DNA from: the human T2T-CHM13v2.0 reference genome, Homo sapiens
Assembly (NCBI RefSeq): GCF_009914755.1
Contig: NC_060931.1
Length of the DNA stretch: 64,000 nucleotides
Strand: one strand, 5' to 3'
Below are positions 1-13,623 of the stretch, piece by piece. Every line of letters starts with the position of its first letter. The first letter of the stretch is position 1. The translations under genes and the position numbers were made by a program. Under the pieces are notes generated by a model. That model searched no databases. It was not told where the DNA came from and was given only the letters and a program-made list of their open reading frames with translations.

Positions 1-624
1 TGTAGAGAGGTCTTTCACATAAAATTTCAATTGACTGTTATTTTAATGCCCACATTTTATTCCTACTTCCTATTTCTATCAACTGAGACTCTTTAGGGAC
101 AAAACTACTTCCTCCTGAGCTAGAGCCCCTTCTACTCTCATTCTTCACTGGACCCAAACGAAACTATTTTATCAGTCACTACCCATATATGAATTGGCTT
201 TCTAACTTCCAAAAAGCTTCTATCTTTCTAATCATTTCCCTCTTATTCTACTCCTATTCTATTTTTGTTCTAGATACATACCTTTTATTCCATTGCTCTT
301 AATGCAATAGGTTTTCAGAAAGGAGATAAGCTTGTAGGTTCAATATATTATATATATTATCTAAAACTGAAGCCCTCCATTATTCCTTCTTTAACTTTAA
401 TATTCACTATAACGGAAAAATTCTAGACATTTTGGAAATATTATTTTTGATGGTAGTGTTTTGTTCTGATTTGCTTTATATAGTTTTAGTATGTACAGCT
501 CCTGAGAAAGCAAACAAGAAATACTTTTACTGCATTGATTGATAGTGGGTGACATAGAACTCAGGGATTTCCAAAGGTTTTTAAGGGTGGTGCAGATAAA
601 ATCTGTAATCTATTATTATATATG

Positions 625-1445
<821 letters not shown>

Positions 1446-1459
1446 TCAACAATACACTT

Positions 1460-1836
1460 TGTCTTAATGGGTTCCGACATTGCTATAAATAAATACCTGA
1501 AACTGGGTAATTTATAAGGAAAACAGGTTTAATTGGTTCATGGTTCTGCAGGCTGTAGGGAGCATAGTGGCTTCTGGGGAGGCCTCAGGAAACTTTCAAT
1601 CGTGGTGGAAGATGAAGGGGCACATCTTATAAGGCCATACAGGAGGAAGAGAGAGAGTGGAGGGAGGTGCTACATATTTTTAAACAACCGTATCTCATGA
1701 GAACTCTATCATGAGAACACCAACAGGGGATATCCACCCCCATGATTCAATCACCTCCCACCAGGTCTCACCTTCAACATTGGGGATTACAATTTGACAT
1801 GAGATTTGGGAGGGGACACAATTCCAAACCATATTG
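1460..1836 (-). mobile_element. MST (MSTA-like) MaLR solo LTR
   Basis: Contains 'ctgggtaatttataaggaaa...ggcctcaggaaact...attacaatttgacatgagatttggg...ccaaaccatat'. 5-bp TSD CACTT at 1455-1459 and 1837-1841. Confidence 0.92.
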
Positions 1837-2284
1837 CACTTCTTTTGTTCAAGTATACTTTTTTTTTTTTATAATGATGGCATATATGAGCAACTGAAGA
1901 GGGGTCTGCCTTTATATGTCTATTCTATCCTCTTGATATATTTTTCTTGCACCATTTTGACTTTAAAGAAAATAAAATTTTCTCATTTCCAAAGCCCACA
2001 AAACTGGAAGAAGATTCAAGTAAATGGATCTTAACTAACATTCACCATGCCCCATCCTTTCTGCAGGGTGAAAGAACAATAGACAAGGTGTGTGAAGTTT
2101 GCAAGTATTCATGTTCTTATTACCTATCATAATATTCTGATACAATTTACAATAGACAAAATGTTAATTTTATGCTTAATATGAACCACTGTTCTTGAAA
2201 AATGCAGGCAATATTATCAACTGCATCCTCACTTAAACAGAGTTGTTTGCCTATTGTCCTTGGCTTTCAGTTCAGTAATCTAAG

Positions 2285-2453
2285 ATTCTAGAGTCAACAC
2301 TTTTGGTTCTTCTTCAGATTCTTACATTTAATGACCACTTGACTTGTAGAAAGTTGCTTACACTCTGTAAGTCTCAGTTTCCTCAACTGTAAGATGGAAG
2401 TCATTGCTACTTAAGAGAGTCAATGTGAGGATTCAATGAGTTAAGACACATGA
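2285..2453 (+). mobile_element. MIR SINE fragment
   Basis: MIR core 'gtctcagtttcctcaactgtaagatgga...tgtgaggattcaatgagttaa'. Confidence 0.7.
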
Positions 2454-2961
2454 TGAATTGGTAATCTGTAGCATCTATCACCTTTTAAGGTCAAACTGCA
2501 ATTAGAGAAAATTAAACCTTTAAGCATCAAATAGTTGTATTCAAATAAAAAATATATAAACAAATTATTTTTAATGTCACAAGGGGCTAAACAAAGACAA
2601 CATAAGAATTTTAATAATTGTGGTTTGTTAAACACATAAAATTTGATAATTGTCCCTTCCCAAGCACAGTTTTCTATAAAGTGATTGTTATTGTTAAGCA
2701 AATTTTAATTAGGCAGAAATACTCAGCATGTTTTAATAAATTGTTAAAAACAATATCTCCTGGGAAAGCACCCTTTTATTTAATTTAATCTCTTCATCTG
2801 CATCAATCTGAATATTTTAACAGATACCATATACTCAATATATATCAAAAGTCTCAATGTAAATTCTCAAAAACCGGAGTGCTCATTTGAACTTGAATTT
2901 TTAAAGCTTTAAAAGAAATTAAAATGTCATATTTCTTTGGAAAAAAGAAAAGTAAAAAATG

Positions 2962-3560
2962 TAAGGAAGGAAGGAAAGAAGGGAGGGAGGGAGAAAGGGA
3001 GGAAAGAAAAGGAAGGAAGGGAGGGAGGGAAGGAGGGAAGGAGGAAGGAAGGAAGGAAAGAAGGGAGGGAGGGAAGGAAGGAAGGAAAGAAGAGAGGGAG
3101 GAAGAAAGGGAAGGAAGGAAGGAAGGAAAAGAAGGAAGGAAGGGAGGGAGGGAAGGAAGGGAGGTAAGAAGGAAGGAAGGAAAAGGAGGGAGGGAAGGAA
3201 GGAAGGAATAGAAGGAAGGAAGGGAGGGAGGGAAGGAAGGGAGGTAAAAAGGAAGGAAGGAAAAGGAGGGAGGGAGGGAAGGAAGGAAGGTAGTAAGGAA
3301 GGGAAGGAAGGAAGGAAGAGAGGGAGGGAGGGAAGGAAGGAAGGGAAAGGAGGAAGGGAGGGAAGGAAGGAAAAGGAGGGAGGGAGGGAAGGAAGGAAAG
3401 TATTAAGGAAGGAAAAGAATGGAGGGAAGGATGGAAGGAAGGGAGGAAGAGAGGGAGGGAGGAAGGGAAGGAAGGAAGGAATGAAGGAAAGAAGGGAAAG
3501 AAGGAAGGAAGGGAGGGAGGGAAGGAAGGAAGGAGAAATGAAAGAAGGAGAGAAGGAAGT
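2962..3560 (+). repeat. ~600-bp polypurine (GGAA/GGAG) low-complexity repeat
   Basis: Almost purely G/A on the plus strand, built from interspersed GGAA and GGGA units. Confidence 0.98.
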
Positions 3561-6500
3561 ATAAGGGAGTCGTGAAAGCTACAATTGAATTGTTTTGTTG
3601 TGCAAGTACATTTTCTACTACATAATGGTGGCACCGATAATAAAATAAAAATCTATTCTTTCAAAGTTTTTCAGAATATAAAGAAAAAATATTCATATAA
3701 GGTTAAAATTTAGGGAAGATTTTTTATATTCACATTCTAATACGGCCTACTTAATTTTTCTTAAATGCCTCCAAAAATACCATCATCTTATTCTTCAATG
3801 TTCCATTTCAGTTAAATATTGATTTTAACTAATTTGATCATACTGTCTTTCAGAAAATAAATATAAACTAAAAGATATAATATATTTGAATTAGAAAATC
3901 TAAGGTACTTGTTTTACTGGCCTTTCCACTTGCCTGCCTGGTTTTGACAGTAAAGTACATTAGGTTTCAATTTTGTTCTAACTTTAGAACAAATACTTGT
4001 TGAAAAAACTACCTATGAACATATTTCTGTTTCTGGTAGGTAATGAATGAGGTCTAAAATCCCTGAACGTGCTTGACATCTCCTAAACCACGCACTTTGG
4101 TACTAGGTGATCTATGGCCCTAGGATAAGTGGTTCTTTCATGAAAAACTACGGGGCTTCTGTCTCATGACTGCCAGTCGGCATCCCAAGGAGGCAGTCCT
4201 GCTCACGGAGGCCAGGTGTCAACCAGAAGGAGAGAAGGCAGATGATTTGTCTGAAACTTAATCATAGCCTTAGAACTTTTCATTTGAAGATTGGAGTCCA
4301 AAACCCTGGCTGAGGCACTGAACCACAGGTGAGCAGTGAAAATCACAATCTATAAAGAATATGTGCCTTGTTTTCTAACAGAATGAGGTTAATGGATTTT
4401 CAGTACCACTGTATTTGAGACTTATTAAATTGGCCTAGAATCAAAATTAATTAAGCAGTTTCCAAAAGTTCGAGGTATGCTTTCTTCTCATCCAGTCTTC
4501 TAAGTATAGCTCTGCCTCATAATGATTTTCAAAACTCTGTATACAGAATTTTAATTATCTTCTTACAAAAGCTATTTTGTGGGCAAGATGTCTAGTTACA
4601 AGTGCTGTAGACTAAAACAAATCGACCCACAAAGCTCATCTGTGAGCATTTGATAGGTACATAAATATTCTTGTCACTCTCAATACCTTGGCCATTGCAG
4701 TCGGAGACTCTCCCCCTTATTGGAAAAGTCAACTCTAAGGCTGGTTATTGCTTCAGTAATATTCTGTTGGTAATAAGCCACTTTGTAAAGCTTTGTTCAT
4801 GAGTTCCAGAGAGCATTTGGCTTCCAACAATACAAAGGTCCACTGCAAGCATTTTTGGTCAGTTTTGATTGAATGCAGATTGCAGGATTGTTTTGCTAGA
4901 CCACATTACTCTTTCAAATGTTTCTTCAGTAGTTGCATATTACTTTCTAATGATAATCATTTGCTTTTCCAGAGCCCTTTGGCTCCTGATGTTTTACAGT
5001 GAATTTCCTCAGAATCCATCTCTGTCTTCACTGTGCTTCCCTCTGGGTTAAGAGGAGGCCTGTAGCTCCTAGTCTTTCACATGGCCACATGAACAAATGG
5101 CTGCAAAGAATGAGTAGGAAGAAACCCATGAAAACCACCCAACTTAGGCTCTATAGAGGGTGATGTGCAAAGTAGAATGTTTCTTATAGTTGCAGAAGGA
5201 AAGAATTCTAAGAGCGTGCTATGAATTCTATTTCATGACATTTAAAAATTGTTTTTAATATAAATTTTATAGCTCTTAGAGTTCTTATATAACCCAAAAG
5301 GTAAACTAAAGGTTAGGCAATTCAGTTGGATGTTTGGGCCTAACCAGATCCCAGTTTTCTTTCATTGTCTGCCGCCACCGCCCCCACATGCTTCCTTCTC
5401 ATTCCACTTCTGGTGGTCCCGGCGCACTTTGCAGATGTTTCTCCCACACAGTGGAAACATTCCCTAATGTGTCCGTAGACTTCCAGGCTTGGCTCATATG
5501 GGAAAAGGAAAAATTGGAGAGAAAGAATACGTTTCTGGATTGGTGTTATTTCCTTTCGGGCCTTTCAAAAGTGCTGAAATAGAGAAGAAATTTAATTTAG
5601 ACCTATTCACCTTTCCCACGCTGCTAGCCATGTAAATGGTTTATAAAGTAATTTTCTTTTTAATTTAAAAATGTAAATAAACAAATAAGTGAACCTTGTC
5701 ATTCAGTCTTTCAGACGTCTCAAGATAGCTATCTGATGTTAGAAAATTTTATAGAATTGTGTCTATGTTTCTTGCTTTTAAAATAAGAGTTGCTATCAAT
5801 GCATCAGTTACTTGGAAAATTAGAGTATCTATGGTTTATTCTACATAAAGCTTAAATACTGCATCCTGTAATTTTCAAATAATTTTCATTAAGAGATATT
5901 TCTTCCCTGTTTGCACATTGCATATGGGACACCAGTATGCTGAAAAAACAGGACTCATAGATAAAAAAGGAAAATAACGATTTGCATTTCCTCCATTGCC
6001 TCTCCAGCCTCTCTGTAGAGCTACTTTTTGTCCTTGGATGACATCTTGGGCAGCATCTGTATTTCACACGTCCTTTCATAAAAATCCTTTCATCACGTTA
6101 GTCATAAAAAATATTCTCCATTCAGAAATTAGCATGCCAGTGTCCATATTTGAAAAGCAAACTTCATTAGAGTTTTTCCCTCTCCGGTACCACCCCTTCC
6201 TCAATTTGCCCTGCTGCCAGTGGGAAGTGTGCAATTAATATGTGTATGTGTGAGTGTGTGTGGGTCTGTGTTGTGTATTGGGAGTTTGGTCTTGGTTTTT
6301 CTTTACTCTGTTACATCTTCTATCTCTCCTGAAGCCCAGAGCTCATTCACCATGCAAGTAGAGGGGAGGAGAAGAGTCAAGAAAGGGCTTTCCTTGCTAC
6401 CATTCATTTTCAGACTGTTTTCCTCTTGTCTTGTTGGTGTTTAAAGTTACTCCCCATTAGGATCTCTCGGGTAAATTCGTGACAAGGATTAACTCCCCCC

Positions 6501-6799
6501 CCCACTGCCCATGCATCTGGCTCCAACCTCACACCAGCATCTAGCTTTAAATCTTAACAGTGCTCAACTGACATTATGTCTTTCCAGACACCTTATGTCT
6601 GTTCTCACACTCACTATTCTCCTTTTAGTTCACGGCAAGCTTGCAAATGAGACCCGCTGCCATGAACGAGGCTACTTCCCAAATGGAGACACTGGCCACT
6701 TGGGTAGACTGGTATGGGTCAAACAGAGGTTCACGAAGAAGGGCGCAAACTTCAATGGATGAATACTATGGACTTTATTGACCTTTCTGAAGCCCCAGT

Positions 6800-7018
6800 T
6801 GCCAGGAGGTCCAGGTTTGAATTTGGCAGTCCTATCACTAGTTGTATGATTTTGAGTAAACTGCTTAAGTCTCACTCAGTTTTCTCAGCCAAGAAAAGAG
6901 TATATTACTATTTACCTCATAAGGTTATTGTGAGGATCACATGAGTTAGTGAATGTAAGATACTAAGAAGAATAGCTGGTACATGGGAAGTACTATGTAA
7001 GATTTCATGTCCATTATT
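6800..7018 (+). mobile_element. MIR SINE
   Basis: Contains 'tttacctcataaggttattgtgaggatcacatgagttagtgaatgtaa...agctggtacatgggaagtactatgtaa'. Confidence 0.8.
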
Positions 7019-7086
7019 ATACTTACAATAGTATAGTAATATGTCCATTACCATACTTGTACTAAACATAAGTATACTGTCAATAA

Positions 7087-7690
7087 GGACATGAGTCTGT
7101 AGTTAAAGAGAGATTTATGAGCCAGATACATACTTTTGGTGTCTTCAAACTGTAGATGTGGTTAGTATAATGAGACTGGGTGATAACAGCTAAGGAGTGA
7201 GTATAGACAATTAAGAATTTTCAAGCACTGGGCTCTACATCCTGAGCACTGAAAGGATTAGAGTATGTGGAAACGAGAAAATTGCATCCCAAAAGGCTCA
7301 TGAGTTCATAGAAAAGCAGATAAATATAACGTCTGAACTGAGGTAATACAGTCTTTCAAAGACAGTGCGGTTAGTAAGTGTCAGATGCTACTGAGAAGAC
7401 AAAACAAGTAATGGCCATGAACTGATCGCTGGAGTTAACATCAGCATTGTTCTGATTTTGATAAGAGCATTTTCAAAGAATAGTGGAACAGTGAGGGTGA
7501 AAGCAAAACCAGTTGTGTCCAAGAGAGAATCAGAGGAGATAAATTAGAAACAATAATTACAGACAACTTTTTGAACGAAATTTGAGGTAAAATGATGGAG
7601 ATAAACATGGCTAGCTGGAAGTAGAAGTGAGATGAAGAAATAGTCTTTTAAAAAGTTGGGGAAAATAGCATTTTTAAAATATTTTGATGG
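7087..7690 (-). mobile_element. L2 LINE fragment
   Basis: Degenerate purine-rich antisense L2 motifs such as 'gtgtcagatgctactgagaag', 'ttgataagagcattttca' and 'gacaactttttga'. Confidence 0.7.
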
Positions 7691-8045
7691 ATCCTAGAAA
7701 GAGCATTTATGTGGTATTAAATTCCTCAGAATTATGAGAAGAGGGGCATTGGGGAAAATGAGAGTGGGCCACCATCAAAAGGCTTTAAGAAAAACCCAAG
7801 ACAATTAGGGGAGAAATCCAGGGAGGAGTAAGAACTGCCATGAGGGAAATGGCCTTATTATTAATGTAATTTACAAATAGGGCCTTGCAAGACTTCCTAA
7901 AAGAGAGAAGATTCTAACTGATTTTAAGTTTTTTTTTTCTTTTCCAGTGAATTAGGAAAATAGACTCATTTTATAAACATTTTACAGCCTCTCTTCCATT
8001 AAAGAGCTGGAAAGAAACTCAACTTTGTGCTATCATAGCTGATTT

Positions 8046-8157
8046 TCCATTTGGAGCAACGAATGCTAGTGAGATAGAACTGGTATCTTTTAACTGAATG
8101 CAAGGTCCTCCAGCTTTGGAGCCAGCACATTAATAGCTAATGCTTCACTTTTTGTTT
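8046..8157 (+). repeat. Copy 1 of an ungapped ~112-bp local duplication (partner 12665-12776)
   Basis: 8068-8157 matches 12687-12776 at 80/90 positions with no indels. Weaker ungapped similarity extends 22 bp upstream. Confidence 0.93.
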
Positions 8158-8381
8158 TTTGAAGTGAAGTCAGCCAGTAAAATGTTAAGGAACAGCATCT
8201 TCTTTCCTATCAGCAACATTCACAGCGCATCGCACCTTCCATACCACTCCAGGATCTCATCAAGACACAAAGTTGTATATTGAATTTCAGTTATGAAAAT
8301 ATCTAAAGAAAGTCAAGTTTTAGATTTGATCTTGTCTTCTCATGTCTTTGAGCGCAGAGATGTAACAATAGAAAAAGCTAT

Positions 8382-8456
8382 TTCTTGTTGAATTTTTAAG
8401 CTGATAGTTTACAGTTTTCAGAAATGTAAACTATCAGCTTAAAAATTCAACAAGAA
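8382..8456. repeat. Perfect 32-bp inverted repeat with 11-nt loop
   Basis: ttcttgttgaatttttaagctgatagtttaca (8382-8413) is the exact reverse complement of 8425-8456. Confidence 0.98.
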
Positions 8457-9765
8457 TTTTTTATACTAGTTGCTTAAATGTATGTTGTTTACCATTTATA
8501 TTTCATAATAAAGTTAAAACCTAAATTATTCTTAAGACTCAGAGTAAGCAGTTTCCTTTTGTGTTTTGGGACCTTCCCTGCTGTTCCAAGGAGCTACCCA
8601 TATCCATATGTACCAAATGACCTGAATTTCCTGAGGTGTTTGTGTAGTCCATGTACTCAAGATTTTTAAGTGCTATATATATATACATATGCAGCAAACA
8701 GCTGTTTGCTTTTTAATATCAGAAGAAATGCACATTAAGGAACTACCTGAGATTCTTTACTCTTCCAAAAGAATAAAAGGAAGGCCAAAGAAGCAGTTTA
8801 TCAACTAGTAAGTCAAAATGTGGTGGCCTTTATAAGCACACAGAGAGTAAAGTAGATCATACTTCATATAAAACTTTGATTTCTCCATAGTGGAAAGAAT
8901 AAGGGAGGTAGAAGAAATGGAAGTAACAGAATAAAATATACAGCAGAGAAAGGACAATAGGCATTAGAAAGGGCAGGATGTCTGAAAAAATAAGAATTAG
9001 AATTTGTAAAATTCTCCTAAGATTCTTTTCTATTTTTTGCATTAGAATTGTCTGGCTCCCTTCTAAGGTTGTCCCCATTGACTTGATTCTAATGAACATA
9101 CTATGAAATAAAACCTTATTAATTCATTACCAACGAAATACAAATTATTGAGTAGTCCATATCTGATCAAAACAGAAAGAGTTTTATTACTTTAAAATAT
9201 AGAAGTAATTTGGATTAACTGATACAGGAAAGTCAGAGTTGCAAAGGAACACAGACTTGATCTGGACCATTGCTCTCATTTTTTTTTTTCACTGAAGAAC
9301 CAAAGGAAAGAATAACCAGACTGGGTTTTGAGGCTTGTTTTCTAAAGACCTCTTATTCACTTCCCATGTCTGTTCAGGGTCACACATCTAGTAAGTGGCT
9401 AAATTGGCATGAGAGTCTAAACACAATTCTTACCTTAGGTTTCTGCAACCAAGCAAAATTCATCTTCAAGAAACTCAATTAATGGATTACTTACTATATG
9501 TGTGCTAACAATTAAGGCATTTCTTTGGGAACAAAGTTATTTTAAGGAGCTTAAAGGTGACCTCAGGAATTTCCATGGAAATATTACATAAAATTTCTAT
9601 TTTAAATAAATAGAAAAAGGACAGTTTCTTTATAGAGTGGGAAAGAAAATTTTAGACCATTCAAGGATCAGCAATCACAAGCATGAAAAGAAGTAGAAAC
9701 GCTACCAAGTAACACGATATCTTGCTAAATGTGGGAAAATATATGAACCCTCTTTTCCTCTAGAA

Positions 9766-9935
9766 CAGGGATTCTTATATTTTAGGTTGCACATAATCCC
9801 CCTAGGAACCCAGGTACTTGTGTACATACCAGAACGTATCTCTGAGGTCTGGATTACTTCAGTCTAAGATGGGCCTTGGGAGTAACAGGTGTTTTGATGC
9901 AGATAAACCACAGCCCACAAATTTGGAATCAATGA
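9766..9935. mobile_element. MER5A-like hAT DNA transposon relic
   Basis: Has 'cagggattctta...ggttgcacataatc' at one end and 'caggtgttttgatgcag...cacaaatttggaatcaatg' at the other. Confidence 0.5.
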
Positions 9936-10380
9936 CCCAGTCAGATGACATAGTTGAGACTAAACACCAAACTACTGAACATGAACTTTTGTCAGATATT
10001 TTTTATGTATTATAATTGAATCTCTTATAATTAAGGGCAACGAAGTAAGTCTTCGTCAAATTGAATGGATTCTTGAAACTGTTCAGTGATGAAAATCATT
10101 GTTCTTCAAGGGTCTCAATAAATTAGCTTAAATTTTTAAAATCACTTTACTATTAAAAGTTTTTTTAAGGCACTAAGTCATTCATTCTTTTATTTGCCAA
10201 GTTAGTATATTTAGAATGTAAGATATTGAAAGTGCTTAACTCCACTTCTGACTCTTCAGCCTAGACACATCAAGCAGTGTTAAATAATGTAAAAGAATTT
10301 TCCTCTCTCTAGCATATTTATGAATGGCTTACATAGGTTTTACTGGTAGAGTGATTGTCTAAATCATTGATCGAATAAAA

Positions 10381-10404
10381 TCTCTCACTCTCACTCTCCC
10401 TCTG

Positions 10405-10441
<37 letters not shown>
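10381..10441 (+). repeat. (TC)n(CA)n compound microsatellite
   Basis: Seen directly in the sequence. Confidence 0.95.
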
Positions 10442-10444
<3 letters not shown>

Positions 10445-10554
10445 AACTATTCATCAAAAATCTGTTTTAATATGTTGGCAAATTTATACAATAGTATATT
10501 CAAAACTGTTTCCAAAATAAATGTTTTTCAAAACAAGAAATAACAAAACCATGT

Positions 10555-11309
10555 TAATATGGAGAAGAGGCAGAAGTGTGGGATTCCCGACCAAAGGCCC
10601 CACCTTCGAGCCTGGAAACCGTGACCCTAAATGAGAAGTTATCCCTGTTTTCCTGCCCAAAATGTTGCTTTATCCAAAATCACCCTGGCCCGCCATGCCC
10701 CCCACATCCTGTACCCATAAAAACCCCAAACCCCAGGCTCCACAAGCAAAAGAGTGGAAGAGTGACAGAGCAGCATGGCAGAGAAGGAGAGAAGAGAAGG
10801 AGCATCTGAACACTGAGAGGAGTTCGGCTGGGGATGGTTGGAGAGATCAGCCACAGGACAGCCAAACTCCAGGGAAGGTCATCTTCCCACTCTATCTCCT
10901 TTCTAGCTCCTTTCTAGCTCCCCATCCATCCCACTGAGAGCCACCTCCATCACTCAGTAAAATCCTTGCATTCACCATCCTTCAAGTCTGTGTGACCTGA
11001 TTCTTCCCGGACACTGGACAAAGGTCCAGGTACCAAGAGCGCAGGGTGTAAAAAGCTGTCACCCTGACTCTCCACTGAGCTGATTAACACTTAGCCATCC
11101 CTAGACAGCAACTGCTAATAGAGCATTAATTGTAACACACCCTTAGACGCTACTGTGGTTCCAGCGCCCAAAAGTGCCCGCCCTGGCTCCTGCACCTGTC
11201 CATTTGAGTGTTCCCCCTCCCATAAGGAGTTTGAGCACCAGGAGCCAAGCAAACTAGCCACACCCCTGTCGTAAGTCCCATAAGGGGGTCAGGGAACTTT
11301 CCTGTTTCA
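10555..11309 (+). mobile_element. LTR1-family (HUERS-P2) ERV1 solo LTR
   Basis: Contains 'caaaggccccacc', 'atcctgtacccataaaaacccc' and the terminus 'gggggtcagggaactttcctgtttca'. Perfect 4-bp TSD ATGT at 10551-10554 and 10310+1000 = 11310-11313. Confidence 0.88.
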
Positions 11310-12664
11310 ATGTCACCAAAGCAAATTTTTAAAAAACCTTCACACTAATCATCTAGGTTATAGAATATTAAAAATGACATAAACAGAATAATTATTCTTA
11401 ATATATACTCTAATCAGTTTTCTTAGTCACTTCTATCTTTAATAGCATGTCAGTGGCATTTTTTGAAGATATTGTTTCTAATATGGTGTTATTATTTTGA
11501 ATTTTTAAAATAAAATTATCCGTATTCTTATTCAAAGTTTCATCTTATGGTTAATACATTCAAAAGTGTTGACACTTGCAATTGACTTTTCTCTGCATAA
11601 CACTTATATTCTGAAAATACTATCCATACAGGTACTGAAGTATCTAACAAGCTATAAAATACAGCAAATGTATGATATTTTCTGTTCTAATTTTTCTCTT
11701 ATTAAGTGATATAATTAACTCCAACATATGTCATAGCTCTTGTATTTTTGCCTACATTCAGAATAACGTTTCAAAAATATTTTACAAAACAAAATTTATC
11801 AAGTAATTTGTCTTATTTATTACTTGTTAATTGTTTTACCAAATTTACAAGCTGTGAAATTATGGCTTTTTAAATTCTGTTCCTTCTTGGTACATAATAT
11901 AAGTTTATCTCTTTTGAAACAGAAGTTTCATCAATACTCTCAAGCTTCAACTTTGGGTGTCAGAGTTAAATCTCACTTGAAGTTGGAACTCTTATTATAT
12001 AATTTGTTCAGTCCTTTCCTAGTTTAATAGGGATCAATTTCAATATCTCCCTGTTTGCAAGCTTCGTTTTCAATAAGTGAAATTCACTAATAACTTCAGG
12101 AACAAAAGTTTTGTCAATCTTTACTGATATTTGTCTAAAGATCTCCAACTAGTTCTAAACAAATGCAACCAAGTTTGACAGAGTCTACCATAAAGTTCAG
12201 TAACATGAGAGGACACAGGTTTGATTTAGAAAATTTTTTTCAAAGTCTTACTCACTTCTAAAATCTGATGTCTGGCAGCAAAACATACTTTTATTTTGAT
12301 GTATTCTTTTGTATTTAACATCAATTGTACAACAAATAAATTTCTAGGCAATTTGCAACTTTGTATACATAAAATATTTTTAAATTTTCACAATATACCT
12401 CTCTAAATACTATTATTTTTATGTCCAACACAAATAATTTCAAGAAATTTTTCTGCTAACAATCAATCTCTTAATTTAGAAAGAACACTGCTTTGTATTA
12501 CTACACTTATCCACCAAAATTTCTGTTCATACTATCTCTACAAAACAAATATAATTTTATTTTCAGTATTAAACTTTTTAATTTGTAATGATCAAGTGTT
12601 TCACATTTGATGGGATAGGCTGTTAAAAATTACTTCAGTTACATTAATTGAATGAAAATATTGA

Positions 12665-12776
12665 TCCGTTTGGAAAATCAGATGGCAGTGAGATGAAACT
12701 GGTATCTTTTAACTGATTGCAAAGTCCTTCAGCTATGGAGCCAGCACATGAATAGCTACTGCTTTATTTTTTGTTT
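12665..12776 (+). repeat. Copy 2 of the ~112-bp local duplication
   Basis: See 8046-8157; offset 4619 bp. Confidence 0.93.
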
Positions 12777-13623
12777 GTGCACAAGGTAATTTTAATGGTT
12801 AAATAAGTAAAATTAAAAAAAAGAAAAATATATATAAGTAAAATAACTTAAAAGTCTTTTAATCTGAATAATGATGCATTTCAGAGAGTGCATATGCCCT
12901 CTGCAGTTGCATGTGTTAGATCTCCCCTTTGAGCATGAATATCTTAAAATGAGTACAAACTTTCGAAATAGATGCTGATACTTCTTCAGCACACTTATTC
13001 CTTCTGGTTTTTGTGCAATCAGTAATATCACTGATCTTCCCCCACCCTGTGAATAATATAAGTTGATAAACATTTTATGCAAATTATATGTTTAGCATAA
13101 GTTTTATTCAAAAGCAAATCAGTACTTAGCTTACTAAATATGGAGTTATTAATTTGGTGGGGAGGGGCTCATGGCATCCTGATGATTTTATGCATCTTGC
13201 AGCCTATTACGTAGGCCAAGCCAAGGTTTCCTAGTGTGCCGTGTGGCTGCCAGGTTCCATTTTTAGATGATCTCCAATACCCCCTGTCTAGAGAGAATTA
13301 GCCCCCTTTAGGCTCCGATTGTCTCAGCAGACATCATTTTACCAGCAAGTTAAAATGCATGCTGTGTACTGCCTCAGAAGGGGATGTGTTAGTTGCATTT
13401 GTCTAATGTCTCTGAAAGGGATGTGTTGGTTGGATTTGCCTGAATAGGATAAGGGGAGGAGAGAAACCATTATGTATGGACATCTTTTACATTTAACTTT
13501 GTGTTACAGGGAGAGCTCCCTTCAGTGTGCACACATACCTCACACTACTACAAGAGACCCTGGAAGAAGCCAGAAGTGTAAAATAGGGATCTACCAAACC
13601 TAACCCCCTGTATATTTTAACAC

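Noticed and set aside
2924-3634. Longest ORFs in the track (235 aa on minus; 95 and 76 aa on plus)
   Set aside because: Translations of the GGAA/GGAG low-complexity tract (PSFL and GRKE repeats); stop-free only because of composition.
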